Positions 16,983 to 27,117 of a stretch of 34,265 bases of DNA are shown here, piece after piece. The notes under the pieces are model-generated. The model had not been told where the DNA came from. It did not search any database and saw only the letters and a list, made by a program, of their open reading frames with translations. The position numbers and the translations under genes were made by a program. Position 1 is the first letter of the stretch, and each line of letters begins with the position of its first letter. The stretch comes from a virus (taxonomy: Duplodnaviria > Caudoviricetes): IMG/VR virus record IMGVR_UViG_3300042997_001168, positions 1 through 34,265 of that record; one strand, 5' to 3'.

Positions 16983-17138
16983 ATGCGAGGTAGGCCGCGC
17001 TCGGTAGCGCCGAAGATCGAAGCCCGCGCCCTCGCTATGCGCATGTCGGGGCAGCATGTGAACAAGTCGCGCATCGCCCGCGAACTTCATGTGCCGCTGC
17101 GCACCGTGTTCCGTGTGCTGCGGGGCGCTCAGGCTTGA
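16983..17138 (+). CDS. 51-aa HTH protein, not in the ORF track
   Basis: MRGRPR...NKSRIARELHVPLRTVFRVL resembles a Hin/resolvase-type HTH; GGAGG upstream. Confidence 0.65.
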   Translation: MRGRPRSVAPKIEARALAMRMSGQHVNKSRIARELHVPLRTVFRVLRGAQA

Positions 17139-17187
17139 ATTATGTCATATGCACAGGGTCTTGAATTGCATGTAATTGGTTTGGCCC

Positions 17188-17517
17188 ATGAGCGCGGGCC
17201 AGCCATTGAAAGTAGCAAAGAGTAGTAATCGCGGCTCCGCGCCGGGGGAAAGGCGTGGTGGGCGCAAGAAGGGCGTCCCAAACAAGGCTACACGCTCGAT
17301 CCGGGAGATAGCGCGGGAATACACCGATGAGGCCATCAACGGCTTGGTCGCGGTCCTGAAGAACAAGGATGAGCCAGCGGCGGCCCGAGTTGCAGCAGCC
17401 AACTCCATCCTTGATCGCGGATACGGCAAGGCCGCAACGATCGTGCAAGGCGACGAAGAGGGCGGCGCCGTCAAGGTTGTGACCCGTATTGAACTGGTCG
17501 GGGTCTCACCGGAATGA
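17188..17517 (+). CDS. terS: Terminase small subunit
   Basis: GGRKKGVPNKAT and RVAAANSILDRGYGK motifs; ATGA-coupled to terL. Confidence 0.75.
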   Translation: MSAGQPLKVAKSSNRGSAPGERRGGRKKGVPNKATRSIREIAREYTDEAINGLVAVLKNKDEPAAARVAAANSILDRGYGKAATIVQGDEEGGAVKVVTRIELVGVSPE

Positions 17518-18809
17518 CGGCGGCCCAGATCAAGATACCTGCCAAGCTGGTTCCGGTATTCGAAGGCGAGGCAGATGTGCGCGGCTCGCATGGCGGTCGT
17601 GGATCGGCAAAGACCCGCACCTTCGCTCTCATGACCGCTGTGCGCGCCTACAAGTGGGACATGGAAGGGCGACAGGGTATCATCCTGTGCGCCCGCCAGT
17701 TCATGAACTCGCTGGCGGATTCATCGCTTGAGGAGATCAAGGCGGCGATCCGCGAGACCGAATGGCTGCTGCCCCATTTCGACATTGGCGAAACCTACAT
17801 CCGCACCAAGTCAGGGCGGATCAATTATTCCTTCGTTGGCCTGTCCCGCAACCTGAACAGCATCAAGTCGAAGTTCCGCATTCTCTTGGCGTGGATCGAT
17901 GAGGCCGAGCCGGTCACCGAAGAGGCTTGGGTCAAGCTGATCCCGACGCTTCGCGAGGAAGACAGCGAGCTTTGGCTGACATGGAACCCGGAGCGGAAGA
18001 ACAGCGCGACCAACCAGCGCTTCCGCCATGCCAATGACAATGATCCCCGCGTCAAGATCGTGGAGATGAATTGGCGCGATAATCCGTGGTTCCCTGACAT
18101 CCTCAACCGCGTCCGCATCAAGGATCAGACAGAGCGCCCGGATCAGTACGGGCATATCTGGGAGGGTGAATATCTCACTGTCATTGAAGGCGCCTACTAC
18201 GCCAAGCATCTGACGCAAGCGCGGACCGATGGCCGCGTGTGCCGGGTTGCCGCTGATCCCTTGATGACGCTGCGAGCCATCTGGGACATTGGCGGAACCG
18301 GGGCTAAGGCGGATGCAACCGCAATCTGGATTGTCCAGTTCATCGGCAAGGAAATCCGCTTTCTTGACTATTACGAGGCGGTCGGTCAGCCGCTCGCCAC
18401 GCATATCCAATGGCTGCGGTCCAATGGCTATGAGAATGCCCTGTGCATCCTTCCGCATGACGGCGCGGCGCATGAGAAGGTCTATCAGACGACCTATGAA
18501 GGGGCACTGCGACAGGCGGGATTTCAGGTCGAGGTCGTGCCCAATCAGGGCGCTGGCGCAGCGATGCAGCGCGTGGAGGCCGCTCGTCGCCTCTTCCCTC
18601 AGATGTGGTTCGATGAAGAGCGCTGCGCCGGGGGCCTGGATGCCATCGGCTGGTATCATGAAAAGCGCGATGAAGAGCGGGGCATTGGCCTTGGCCCCAA
18701 TCACGATTGGTCGAGCCATGGTGCGGATGCCTTCGGGCTGACCGCTGTTTCCTATCGCGAGCCGAAATCGGCACGTCCTATCAACTACAGCAGCAGAGGT
18801 ATTGCCTGA
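17514..18809 (+). CDS. terL: Terminase large subunit (PBSX-like)
   Basis: GGRGSAKT, WIDEAE, TWNP, WDIG, HDWSSHGADAF. Confidence 0.95.
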   Translation: MTAAQIKIPAKLVPVFEGEADVRGSHGGRGSAKTRTFALMTAVRAYKWDMEGRQGIILCARQFMNSLADSSLEEIKAAIRETEWLLPHFDIGETYIRTKSGRINYSFVGLSRNLNSIKSKFRILLAWIDEAEPVTEEAWVKLIPTLREEDSELWLTWNPERKNSATNQRFRHANDNDPRVKIVEMNWRDNPWFPDILNRVRIKDQTERPDQYGHIWEGEYLTVIEGAYYAKHLTQARTDGRVCRVAADPLMTLRAIWDIGGTGAKADATAIWIVQFIGKEIRFLDYYEAVGQPLATHIQWLRSNGYENALCILPHDGAAHEKVYQTTYEGALRQAGFQVEVVPNQGAGAAMQRVEAARRLFPQMWFDEERCAGGLDAIGWYHEKRDEERGIGLGPNHDWSSHGADAFGLTAVSYREPKSARPINYSSRGIA

Positions 18810-20902
18810 TGGCCGGCGCGCCCGACATCACCTTGGCTTTCGAGAACGAAGGCCCTGACATGGACACGCTGGTCAACTTCCTGATGGAGGAAGAGCGGCG
18901 CGCTGAAGACGGCACGTTGCAGGAAGAGCGCGAGGTCGCGATCGACTTCTACAACGGCGAGCCTTTTGGCGATGAGGTCGACGGCCGCTCGCAGCTTGTG
19001 ACCCGCGATGTGGCAGAGGTCATTGACGATACCGTTGCCGAACTGCTGGACATCATGGTCAGCGGCGACAAGGTTGTCGAGTTCACGCACCCTGACAAGC
19101 GCGTTGCCGAAGAAGCTACCCATGCCGTTGGCCGTGAGTTCCATGACGGTCAGGATGGGTTTCGCATTCTCCAGGACTGGATCAAGGCGGGACTGCTGGA
19201 GAAATCCAGTGTCGCCAAGGTCTGCGTGGAGCATCAGCCGCCAAAACGTCGTGAGGCTGTGTTGTCGGTTGAGGAAATGTCCGCCATGGCTGAGCAGGGT
19301 GTGCAGTTCATCGCCTCTGCCCAGATGGACGATGAGGGCCAGCAATGGGGTGTTGCATGGCTTGAGCCGCAGGCGCCGAAGTTCCGCGATTATGTGACGC
19401 CCAACGAGGAGTTTGGCGTGGCGTCCGATGCTCGCGATCTGGACAACGGGTGCATCTATGACGTCTTCAAGATGCGCAAGACGCTCAGTGAAATCGCGGC
19501 CATGGGCTATGATGCCTCGGACCTCTGGGATGATGGCAATGAATCGCTGACCACGCTTTCATCTGTCCGGGACGATGGGCAGAATGAGAACATCGTGGAC
19601 TATCGCACAGGCGCCAACCGAGCCGTGTGGTTCCTTGAGGAATATGCCCGCTATGACCTGAACGGCGACGGCATTGCCGAGCTTCTGAAGGTTCACCGCG
19701 TCGGCAAGACCATTCTCGATGTCGAGGAAGTGGATGAGCAGCCCGGCGTCGTCTGGTGCCCCTTCCCCATGCCGGGACGGATCACGGGGCATTCTCTGGC
19801 CGACAAGGTGATGGACATTCAGCGCACGCGGTCGGTGGCTCTGCGCCAGACGATGGATGGGTTCTATTTCCAGAACAATCCGCGCGTCTGGCTCAACGAG
19901 TCATCTCAGGGCGATACGACCATTGACGACCTGCTGACCAGCAATCGCCCTGGTGGCGTTGTCCGCTGGATCGGCAGTATCAAGCCAGAGGTCAGCACAA
20001 GTTCCTTCGACATCGGTTCAGGCATCACCCTCATGGAAATGCTGGCCGGCGAGAAGGAGAGCCGCAGCGGCGTTACCCGTCTCAACCAGGGCATGACGAA
20101 CCCGGATTCGCTCAACAAGACAGCGACCGGCACGAAGCTCATGCAGCAGGCAGGCAAGAAGATCGCCCGCCTCATCACGCGCAACTTCGCTGAAGCATTT
20201 GCGCGTCTGATGCTGAAGAAGTACCGGTTGATGCGTCAGTTCGGGCGCCCGTTCGAAATCGTGATCGACGGCGAACAGCGAACCGTCGATCCGCGTAACT
20301 GGCCTGAGGACATGAACATCCGCGTCAAGGTTGGCCTTGGTACGGGCGACAAGGACGAGATGATCCAGCGCTTCATGATGCTGCTGGGCGTCGCTCAAGA
20401 AGCCATTGCGGGCGGCTCGCGGGTGTTCAACGACACCAACGTCTACAACATCGTCCGGTCGCTGGTGGAAGCCGGAAACCTCGGCAATGTCCGCGAACTG
20501 ATCACCGATCCCGATAGCCTGCCCCCGGCAGAAGAGAAGCCTGACCCCAAGATGATGGAGGTTCAGGCCAAGTCGATGCTGGAGGCGCAGAAACTCGACC
20601 AGCAGGCGAGGCAGGCGGCATTCGACAATGAACTGAAGGCGCGCCAGCAGGAGCATGACGCGGCGCTTGCTGCACAGCGGAACGAATATGACCTTGCCTC
20701 GAAGCGCGAGAAGTCGGCACTGGAGCAGGATTTGGCGCGACAGAAAGCCGAGTTCGAGGCGTCCCTCGCTCTTCGCCAGCAGCAGTTCGAAGAGGACATG
20801 GCCGAACGGCGCTTCGCTTTCGATCAGGAAATGGCATCGCGAAAGGCGGAGGCTGATGAAGCCCTGCCCAAGAAGCGGCCAGGTGGGAGGCTAGACGCAT
20901 GA
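18809..20902 (+). CDS. Portal protein (P22/SU10-like, helical C-terminal barrel)
   Basis: ~697 aa after terL, TGATG overlap, GRS..V..DV.E and TATG motifs, coiled-coil tail. Confidence 0.88.
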   Translation: MAGAPDITLAFENEGPDMDTLVNFLMEEERRAEDGTLQEEREVAIDFYNGEPFGDEVDGRSQLVTRDVAEVIDDTVAELLDIMVSGDKVVEFTHPDKRVAEEATHAVGREFHDGQDGFRILQDWIKAGLLEKSSVAKVCVEHQPPKRREAVLSVEEMSAMAEQGVQFIASAQMDDEGQQWGVAWLEPQAPKFRDYVTPNEEFGVASDARDLDNGCIYDVFKMRKTLSEIAAMGYDASDLWDDGNESLTTLSSVRDDGQNENIVDYRTGANRAVWFLEEYARYDLNGDGIAELLKVHRVGKTILDVEEVDEQPGVVWCPFPMPGRITGHSLADKVMDIQRTRSVALRQTMDGFYFQNNPRVWLNESSQGDTTIDDLLTSNRPGGVVRWIGSIKPEVSTSSFDIGSGITLMEMLAGEKESRSGVTRLNQGMTNPDSLNKTATGTKLMQQAGKKIARLITRNFAEAFARLMLKKYRLMRQFGRPFEIVIDGEQRTVDPRNWPEDMNIRVKVGLGTGDKDEMIQRFMMLLGVAQEAIAGGSRVFNDTNVYNIVRSLVEAGNLGNVRELITDPDSLPPAEEKPDPKMMEVQAKSMLEAQKLDQQARQAAFDNELKARQQEHDAALAAQRNEYDLASKREKSALEQDLARQKAEFEASLALRQQQFEEDMAERRFAFDQEMASRKAEADEALPKKRPGGRLDA

Positions 20903-21192
20903 CCCCGGCAGAACGCATGAAGCGTGCCCACGACGCGACAGCCGCAATGGAGGTCATCGCGCCCATCATCGATGCCCTGCGGTCGGAATATATGGCGGCG
21001 CAGATGAAGGCAGCGATCGATGAGCCGCACAAGCCGGACAAGATCATCAAGCTCTCGGTGGCTCAGCGCGTGATCAACACCGTCGAAAGCCATCTGCGCG
21101 CCGCCATCGCTGACGGCGGGATCGCCGCGCAGGAGAAGAACCGCGCCGACGAGATTGCGAACATGCCGGAAGCAAAGCGCCGCTGGCTGTAG
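20899..21192 (+). CDS. Small head-module protein
   Basis: 97 aa between the portal and scaffold genes, ATGA overlap. Confidence 0.7.
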   Translation: MTPAERMKRAHDATAAMEVIAPIIDALRSEYMAAQMKAAIDEPHKPDKIIKLSVAQRVINTVESHLRAAIADGGIAAQEKNRADEIANMPEAKRRWL

Positions 21193-21206
21193 TGGAGTGA
21201 AGAAAG

Positions 21207-22196
21207 ATGGTCGATGAAAGCACGCTGGAGAGCGTCCTTGGTCCGGAACTGGATGCCATGCTTGGCGAGGACGGCCAGCAGGAGGAAAAGCAGGAGCTTA
21301 TCAGCGAAGATGAGCTTTTGGGCGAGGAAGCGGGAGAGGCTTCGGAAGACGATGCCGAACCCGGCGAGGAAGGTGAAGAGGGTGAGGAAGCCGCTGCGCC
21401 AGCGGTAGAGGCACCGCATAGCTGGTCGAAGGAGGACAAGGCGATATTCGCCGCGCTCCCCGCTGAGGCGCAGGCGGTGATCCAGCGGCGCGAGACCGAG
21501 CGCGACAATTTCGTCAAGCAGAAGGCTTTCGAAGCGTCGAACACCCGTACTCAGGTTGCCAACGAAGCCCGCGACATCATCGTGAAAATGCATGAGGACC
21601 ATGCACAGAAGCTCAACGCCTATGCCCAGATGCTTCTGCCGCAGCCCCCCGATGAAAGACTGCTTTACAGCGGGAATCAGGATGATGTAATTATCTATCA
21701 ACGCCAGATGGCGGCATACCAGCGATCGACTGACCAGCAGCAGCAGTTGCACCAGCAGATCGCCCAGGCACAGGCCGCCGCACAGTCTGCGCGGGAACAG
21801 TCGCAGCAAGCCGAGCGTGCTTCGGATGCCCAGCGGTTGCAGGAACAACTCCCGGAATGGTTCGACCCATCCAGCGGCCCGAAACTGCGCGAACAGTTGC
21901 GGTCCATCGGCGCGGAACTCGGATATTCCAGCGAGTTGATGGCTGAAGCCTCTTCCGCCGACATCATCGCCCTGAAAAAGGCCGCCGAATGGAAGGCCGA
22001 CGCGGAGAAATACCGCGCTCTCATGGCGAAGAAGATGGAGACGGTTCGAGCCGCCAAGGATCTGCCGAAAATGGCGCGTCCAGGCGTGAAGCCGAGCAAG
22101 CAGCAAGCGAATGCCGCTCGTAGTCAGCAGGCATGGGACCGCCTCAAGGCCAATCCCAAGGACGCCGACGCCGCAGCAGCATTTCTGGGTCTCTGA
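21207..22196 (+). CDS. Capsid scaffolding protein
   Basis: Acidic N-terminus, Q/A-rich helices, directly upstream of the capsid gene. Confidence 0.75.
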   Translation: MVDESTLESVLGPELDAMLGEDGQQEEKQELISEDELLGEEAGEASEDDAEPGEEGEEGEEAAAPAVEAPHSWSKEDKAIFAALPAEAQAVIQRRETERDNFVKQKAFEASNTRTQVANEARDIIVKMHEDHAQKLNAYAQMLLPQPPDERLLYSGNQDDVIIYQRQMAAYQRSTDQQQQLHQQIAQAQAAAQSAREQSQQAERASDAQRLQEQLPEWFDPSSGPKLREQLRSIGAELGYSSELMAEASSADIIALKKAAEWKADAEKYRALMAKKMETVRAAKDLPKMARPGVKPSKQQANAARSQQAWDRLKANPKDADAAAAFLGL

Positions 22197-22248
22197 GCAG
22201 CAGTTTCCCCGTCGCGATGACGGTACTGCCCTTTGAAGGATTTTTTCA

Positions 22249-23217
22249 ATGGCTGTTCCAAGCAATACCATCCAGGCGGTTGGCCGCGTCGGCATCCGCG
22301 AAGACCTGTCCGACCGCATCGGTGAACTGTTCCCCGACGATGCGCCCGTAAAGCGCGCCATCGGCACCGGCCCCAAGGCCAAGCAGGTTTACACCGAATG
22401 GCAGACCGATGGCCTGAAGGCCGCCAATGGCGACAACAAGGCTGTCCAGGGCGATGATCTGGCGAACGAAAGCCGCCCGAACACCGTTCGCGTCGGCAAC
22501 TACACGCAGATCATGACCAAGGTCATCAGTTCGTCCACGACCATGGAAGCGTCTGACGCTGCCGGCCGTCGCTCTGAGCTGGCGCGTGAATCGATGAAGG
22601 CTCTGAAGGAAATCCAGACCGACCTCGAAACCCGCATCTGCTCTAAGTCGCCCGCCGTGCCGCCCACGACCTCCGTCGCTGGCGAAATGGCCGGCATGCT
22701 GGCGTGGATCAAGACCAACGACAACCGGGGCGCTGGTGGCGCCGACCCGACCTATTCGGGCGGTGCTTCCGGCTATCCCAGCGCCGCCATGACCAACGGC
22801 ACGCTGCGCACCTATGCGGAATCACAGTTGAAGACGGTCCTGGCAAGCGCGTGGGCTGCTGGCGGCAATCCCAAACTGGTCGTTACCAGCATCGGCCTGA
22901 AGCAGACGGCGGCGACCTTCGCGGGTCTCGCCACCCAGCGCCGTGAAGCGGGTAACAAGCGCCTGACGATCGTGGCGGGTGCCGACTTCTACGTGTCGGA
23001 CGTGGGCGAAGTGCAGTTCGTGCCGAGCCGCTACACCACGGGCCGCGATGCGCTGGTGATCGATCCTGATTATTGGGAACTGGCCTATCTCGACCCGCTC
23101 CAGCCGCGTGAACTGGCGGTCACCGGCCTCGCCACGCGCAAGGCCTGGTACATGGAAGTCACCATGCGTTCGCTGAACGAAGCCGCTTCCGGCGCTGTCT
23201 GCGACATCCAGCAGTAA
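22249..23217 (+). CDS. Major capsid protein (SU10/DUF5309-like)
   Basis: GIREDLSD.I, EWQTD.L and R.GNYTQI..K motifs; biased codon usage; followed by a UUCG hairpin. Confidence 0.88.
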   Translation: MAVPSNTIQAVGRVGIREDLSDRIGELFPDDAPVKRAIGTGPKAKQVYTEWQTDGLKAANGDNKAVQGDDLANESRPNTVRVGNYTQIMTKVISSSTTMEASDAAGRRSELARESMKALKEIQTDLETRICSKSPAVPPTTSVAGEMAGMLAWIKTNDNRGAGGADPTYSGGASGYPSAAMTNGTLRTYAESQLKTVLASAWAAGGNPKLVVTSIGLKQTAATFAGLATQRREAGNKRLTIVAGADFYVSDVGEVQFVPSRYTTGRDALVIDPDYWELAYLDPLQPRELAVTGLATRKAWYMEVTMRSLNEAASGAVCDIQQ

Positions 23218-23223
23218 CCGATT

Positions 23224-23251
23224 GAGGGGCGGGCTTCGGCTCGCCCTTCTT
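23224..23251 (+). terminator. Hairpin/terminator after the capsid gene
   Basis: gaggggcgggc-ttcg-gctcgcccttc with a short pyrimidine tail. Confidence 0.6.
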
Positions 23252-23267
23252 CATTGGAGAAGAGATT

Positions 23268-23459
23268 ATGACCACCGCAACCGACAAGCCCGTCAAGGTC
23301 CAGTGCGTCACGCACAATGTTGCCCTTGGCTCCGTTCATGCCGTCACCCGCGACAAGGAAGTCATCAGCGATGACGAACTGAACAAGGGCGACACCGCCG
23401 AGGTCGATGCCGATCTGGCGAAGTTCCTCATCGAGCGGGAGCAGGTGAAGCGTGTCTGA
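23268..23459 (+). CDS. Small virion-module protein
   Basis: 63 aa, GGAG RBS. Confidence 0.65.
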   Translation: MTTATDKPVKVQCVTHNVALGSVHAVTRDKEVISDDELNKGDTAEVDADLAKFLIEREQVKRV

Positions 23460-23787
23460 ACGCTGGGAGCTTATCGACCATTGCGCCGAAACCGGCCTGC
23501 GCAAGTGGATGAACTATGAGGCGGACGGCGACCAAATCCAGATCGCCTATGATCAGGATCGAGCCGCGCAGAATGTCATTCTCGACCGCAACAAGGCCAC
23601 TCAGGCCGATGGCTTCGATAAGCGCTCGGACATGTGGCACGCCGCCCATATCCCTGTTGGCGTCATGTACGAATGGCTCGTGAAGCATGGCGTCAACGCG
23701 TGGGACCCGGCGCACATCGATGGCGTCAAGCGGCTCCTGAACGACCCGGAGTATCGATACCTCCGGGTCAACCATTTCATCATGTGA
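23452..23787 (+). CDS. Virion-module hypothetical protein
   Basis: W.HAA.IP..V..EW...G..LNDPEY.YLR pattern typical of podovirus post-capsid genes. Confidence 0.7.
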   Translation: MSERWELIDHCAETGLRKWMNYEADGDQIQIAYDQDRAAQNVILDRNKATQADGFDKRSDMWHAAHIPVGVMYEWLVKHGVNAWDPAHIDGVKRLLNDPEYRYLRVNHFIM

Positions 23788-23795
23788 GGCTAGAA

Positions 23796-24473
23796 ATGCG
23801 CAAGATCATTGCCTTCATCGCCCTTCTGGCCTCGCCTTCGATAGCGATGGCGCAGCAGGCCGTCAGCGGCATCTATACGACCGCCACCCCCACTCTTTCG
23901 GATGGACAGCAGCGGCAGTTGCGCCTCGATAGCGCGGGCGCCCTGGTGACCAGTTCGGCTGGATCGGGCACAAGCTCCGGTCAGGTGCAGGGCACGCAGG
24001 CCGATAGCGCTACTGCCGTGGGCAACCCGGTCAATGTCGCGGGTCGCTATACCTCCACCCTGCCCACCCTTACCAATGGCCAGAGCGCGCAACTGCGGCA
24101 AAGCATCAACGGTGCCCAACTGGTTGCCCAGACGCCGACGACCGACGCGAATATCGCCATCGTGCCGGTCGCCTCTACTGCGGTGGAAAGCAACCGCGTC
24201 TTCAAGGCGTCGGCAGGTAATCTCTATCGATTGTCGATCACCTCAGGCGCTTCGGCGGGCTATCTCATGGTGTTCAATGCCACGACCGCCCCAGCCGATG
24301 GTGCGGTGACGCCGCTGGTTTGTCGCGCCATCGCTGCCAGTTCGACGCTGACCATTTCCTTCTCTGACTTTCCCGCTCGCTTCTCGACCGGCATCACGGC
24401 GGTTTTCTCCACGACCGGCTGCTTCACAAAGACGGCGAGCGCCACGGCCTATTTCGAGGGCTATACTCAATAA
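23796..24473 (+). CDS. Ser/Thr/Ala-rich beta protein with an apparent Sec signal peptide
   Basis: MRKIIAFIALLASPSIAMA|QQ; start reassigned to 23796. Confidence 0.7.
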   Translation: MRKIIAFIALLASPSIAMAQQAVSGIYTTATPTLSDGQQRQLRLDSAGALVTSSAGSGTSSGQVQGTQADSATAVGNPVNVAGRYTSTLPTLTNGQSAQLRQSINGAQLVAQTPTTDANIAIVPVASTAVESNRVFKASAGNLYRLSITSGASAGYLMVFNATTAPADGAVTPLVCRAIAASSTLTISFSDFPARFSTGITAVFSTTGCFTKTASATAYFEGYTQ

Positions 24474-24483
24474 GGGTGCAGCA

Positions 24484-25140
24484 ATGGGCATTTCCCTTGA
24501 CGTCATCGTCCCCGGCACCATCGGCAACTATGATGATCTGGTCGCCATGGTGGGCAACTGGCTCGACCGTGACGACCTGAATGACCGCATCCCGGAATTT
24601 GTGTCGCTACTGGAGGCGCGACTCAATCGTCTCCTGCGAACCGCCATGCAGGAGACGCCCGCAACTTGGGCGATCACGGGTGAGGAATATGCGCTGCCCG
24701 ATGATTTCCGGAAGATGCGCCGCCTTTATCCTGCCGGACAACCCAATCGGCCCTTCTCCGAGATATCAAGCAGCCAGCTTTCGGATTGGGCCTATTCCGG
24801 CTTTGCGCAGGTCTATGCCATCGAAGGGCGTACGCTGCGCTTCTCTCCCGCCCCAACGGCAGATGCCCCGCTGACAGTTCAGGCTGTCTATTGGCGCCGC
24901 ATTCCGCCTCTGGGCAGCTTCCAGCCCACCAACTGGATATTGGATGAGCACCCCGACATTTACGTGTGGGGCGCGCTCCACCAAGCAGCGACCTATATCC
25001 GCGATCCCGACGCCATCGACACATGCAAGGCCTATCTGGATGAAGCGATAGCGGAGTTGCAGTCTGCGTCTCGCAAGGATGCCTGGGGCGGCCCTCTGGC
25101 CCCAACTGTCGCCCGTCAGGTGCGGGGAGCGCGCTGTTGA
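24484..25140 (+). CDS. Head-tail adaptor protein
   Basis: YDDL...V..WL.R.DL...IP.F..L.E.RLNR.LR and TNW.L..HPD.Y..GAL motifs. Confidence 0.8.
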   Translation: MGISLDVIVPGTIGNYDDLVAMVGNWLDRDDLNDRIPEFVSLLEARLNRLLRTAMQETPATWAITGEEYALPDDFRKMRRLYPAGQPNRPFSEISSSQLSDWAYSGFAQVYAIEGRTLRFSPAPTADAPLTVQAVYWRRIPPLGSFQPTNWILDEHPDIYVWGALHQAATYIRDPDAIDTCKAYLDEAIAELQSASRKDAWGGPLAPTVARQVRGARC

Positions 25141-26540
25141 ACAAGCGCTTCCCCTTCGGCCCTCTGGAGCCTGACAAGCCGCTAAGCCAGTCGCGGGCAT
25201 ATAATGTGTTCCCGGCAGCGAACGGCTATCGTCCGGTCAAGTCGCCGGTCACATTCGCCGCGACTCTCGCGGGCATCATCAACGGCGCCTCCTACGTGTC
25301 GTCTGATGGCGTGGCTTCGATGATCGCGGGAACGGCAACGAACCTCTACAGCTATGACGGCACCAGTTGGAATAGTGAGCTTGGTTCGCTTAGCGCAACC
25401 GTATGGCGCTTCACGCAGTTCCGCGACTTGGCGATTGGCGTGAACGGCGGCACTCCGATCAAATACGAACTAACGGCGGGGAGCGCTGCGGCGCTAGGCG
25501 GAAGCCCGCCCGTGTCTGATCTTGTTGCCACGGTTCGCGATCAGGTGTTTCTTGCAGGCGATCCCACTGCAAGAAACACCTTGGCCATTTCAGGCTACAA
25601 CGACGCCGAAGGTTGGACGGCAGGCACCAATCAATGCCTGTACGTTCCGTTCCCCAATGGCGGCGACATCATGGGGCTTGCCGGGGGCGAAACGGGCATA
25701 ATCCTTCAGCGCAATTCGGTGCGCCGTGCGACCTATAATGGAGACGGCACAACGTGGTGGACCTTTGATGAGATCGCCAGTGACATCGGTTGCATGGCAA
25801 AAGGGTCGGTCGCCCGCGAAGGCAATTTGGTGTTTTTCCTGTCTGAAGAAGGGTTCAAGGTCACAGATCGCAATGAGGTGCGCCCCATAGGCCAAGAGAA
25901 GATCGACCGCGAGTTTTTCAGCCTCTACAGCCGCGATGACATTAAGAACATGACCTCTGCGGTTGACCCGCGCACCACAACCGTCATGTGGGCCATCCCT
26001 GGCACGCCGGGTCGCATCTGGTGCTATGATTGGACCCTGGGGGAATGGTCGACAATCGACACGTCGCTGCGCGCGATCTTTTCCGGCTTCACGTCCAGCA
26101 TATCGATGGACTCTCTTGATGCGCTCTATCCAGGCGGTCCAGACACGATGCCGATCAGCTTGGACAGCGACATCTTCTCTGGCGGCAACCCGCTGCTGGT
26201 CGTAGCGGCCTATAATGGCTCCATTAGCACTCTTTCCGGGCCGAATATGGCCGCCTCCTTCGCGTTCAAGCCAACAGAAATTGGCGATGGTCAACGCGCG
26301 CGCATCAGGGGGGCGCGTGTTGTGTCGGATGCGGTGCAGGGGACGGTCACGGTGGACGTTCGCGCACGGGCGGGAGACGCGGCGTCCACCGTTACATCAG
26401 GATCAATTCGCGACAATGGACGGGTGCCCCTGCGGGCTAATGGGCGGCATGTAGGTGTACAGGTCGACATCCCCGCTGGCGCGGTCTGGTCTTATGCACT
26501 TGGCGTCGACATCGAGTTTGAACAGGCGGGTGGGCGATGA
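25137..26540 (+). CDS. Tail nozzle / packaged-DNA stabilisation protein (P22 gp10-like)
   Basis: 467-aa beta-rich protein with an IGC...GS motif, following the adaptor. Confidence 0.75.
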   Translation: MNKRFPFGPLEPDKPLSQSRAYNVFPAANGYRPVKSPVTFAATLAGIINGASYVSSDGVASMIAGTATNLYSYDGTSWNSELGSLSATVWRFTQFRDLAIGVNGGTPIKYELTAGSAAALGGSPPVSDLVATVRDQVFLAGDPTARNTLAISGYNDAEGWTAGTNQCLYVPFPNGGDIMGLAGGETGIILQRNSVRRATYNGDGTTWWTFDEIASDIGCMAKGSVAREGNLVFFLSEEGFKVTDRNEVRPIGQEKIDREFFSLYSRDDIKNMTSAVDPRTTTVMWAIPGTPGRIWCYDWTLGEWSTIDTSLRAIFSGFTSSISMDSLDALYPGGPDTMPISLDSDIFSGGNPLLVVAAYNGSISTLSGPNMAASFAFKPTEIGDGQRARIRGARVVSDAVQGTVTVDVRARAGDAASTVTSGSIRDNGRVPLRANGRHVGVQVDIPAGAVWSYALGVDIEFEQAGGR

Positions 26541-26749
26541 TTCCTCTTCCCCCTACACCGCCCGCGATCAGCGCCTTGCCGGAATGGTGCCGGAAGGTGG
26601 CTGGATTGGTCAACGGGCTGCTCGCCAAGAGGCAGTTCCCGGAAAGCACCACAGCGCCCACCGATCCGCGCCCCGGCGATGGCTGGTTCGACACCTCCGT
26701 AAACAAGGCGAAGATATGGGACGGCAGTTCTTGGAATGCGCTCTGGTAG
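26537..26749 (+). CDS. Small tail-associated protein
   Basis: 70 aa with APT.P..GD.WFDT....KIWDG..W; ATGA overlap. Confidence 0.65.
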   Translation: MIPLPPTPPAISALPEWCRKVAGLVNGLLAKRQFPESTTAPTDPRPGDGWFDTSVNKAKIWDGSSWNALW

Positions 26750-27117
26750 TTTCCGAATGGGACGAATACCAGCGCTGGCGGGATGATTTCGCGGCCATCC
26801 TTGATCCCCGGTTCTACAGCGTGGAATGGCTCGACGGCGAGGTGTGGAGCGGGCGGATAAGGCTTTTCTCAGGCCCGAATTCCTGTATATTGGCGAGCAT
26901 CAAGCCGTATCCGACTGGAGCGCTAGAGCTTCACGTCATGGCGGCAGCCGGCGAACTGAATGAGCTAGTCTCATCAACCATCGTCTCCTGTGAAACTTGG
27001 GCAAGATCGGTCGGCTGCTGTGTCGCAGTCATTGAATCTCGCCCCGGCTGGGTGAAGACGATGAAGGCAAGCGGTTACGAACTTTATCAAACGGCTATCA
27101 GGAAGGAGCTTTCCTGA
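26716..27117 (+). CDS. GNAT-like fold virion assembly protein (start uncertain)
   Basis: LHV..AAG.L.E...E.WA...GC.....SR.GW.K..GY pattern, positioned before the ejection genes. Confidence 0.6.
   Translation: MGRQFLECALVVSEWDEYQRWRDDFAAILDPRFYSVEWLDGEVWSGRIRLFSGPNSCILASIKPYPTGALELHVMAAAGELNELVSSTIVSCETWARSVGCCVAVIESRPGWVKTMKASGYELYQTAIRKELS

Noticed and set aside
17811-18719. 302-aa minus-strand ORF
   Set aside because: Shadow of terL.
21063-22382. 439-aa minus-strand ORF
   Set aside because: Shadow of the scaffold and capsid genes.
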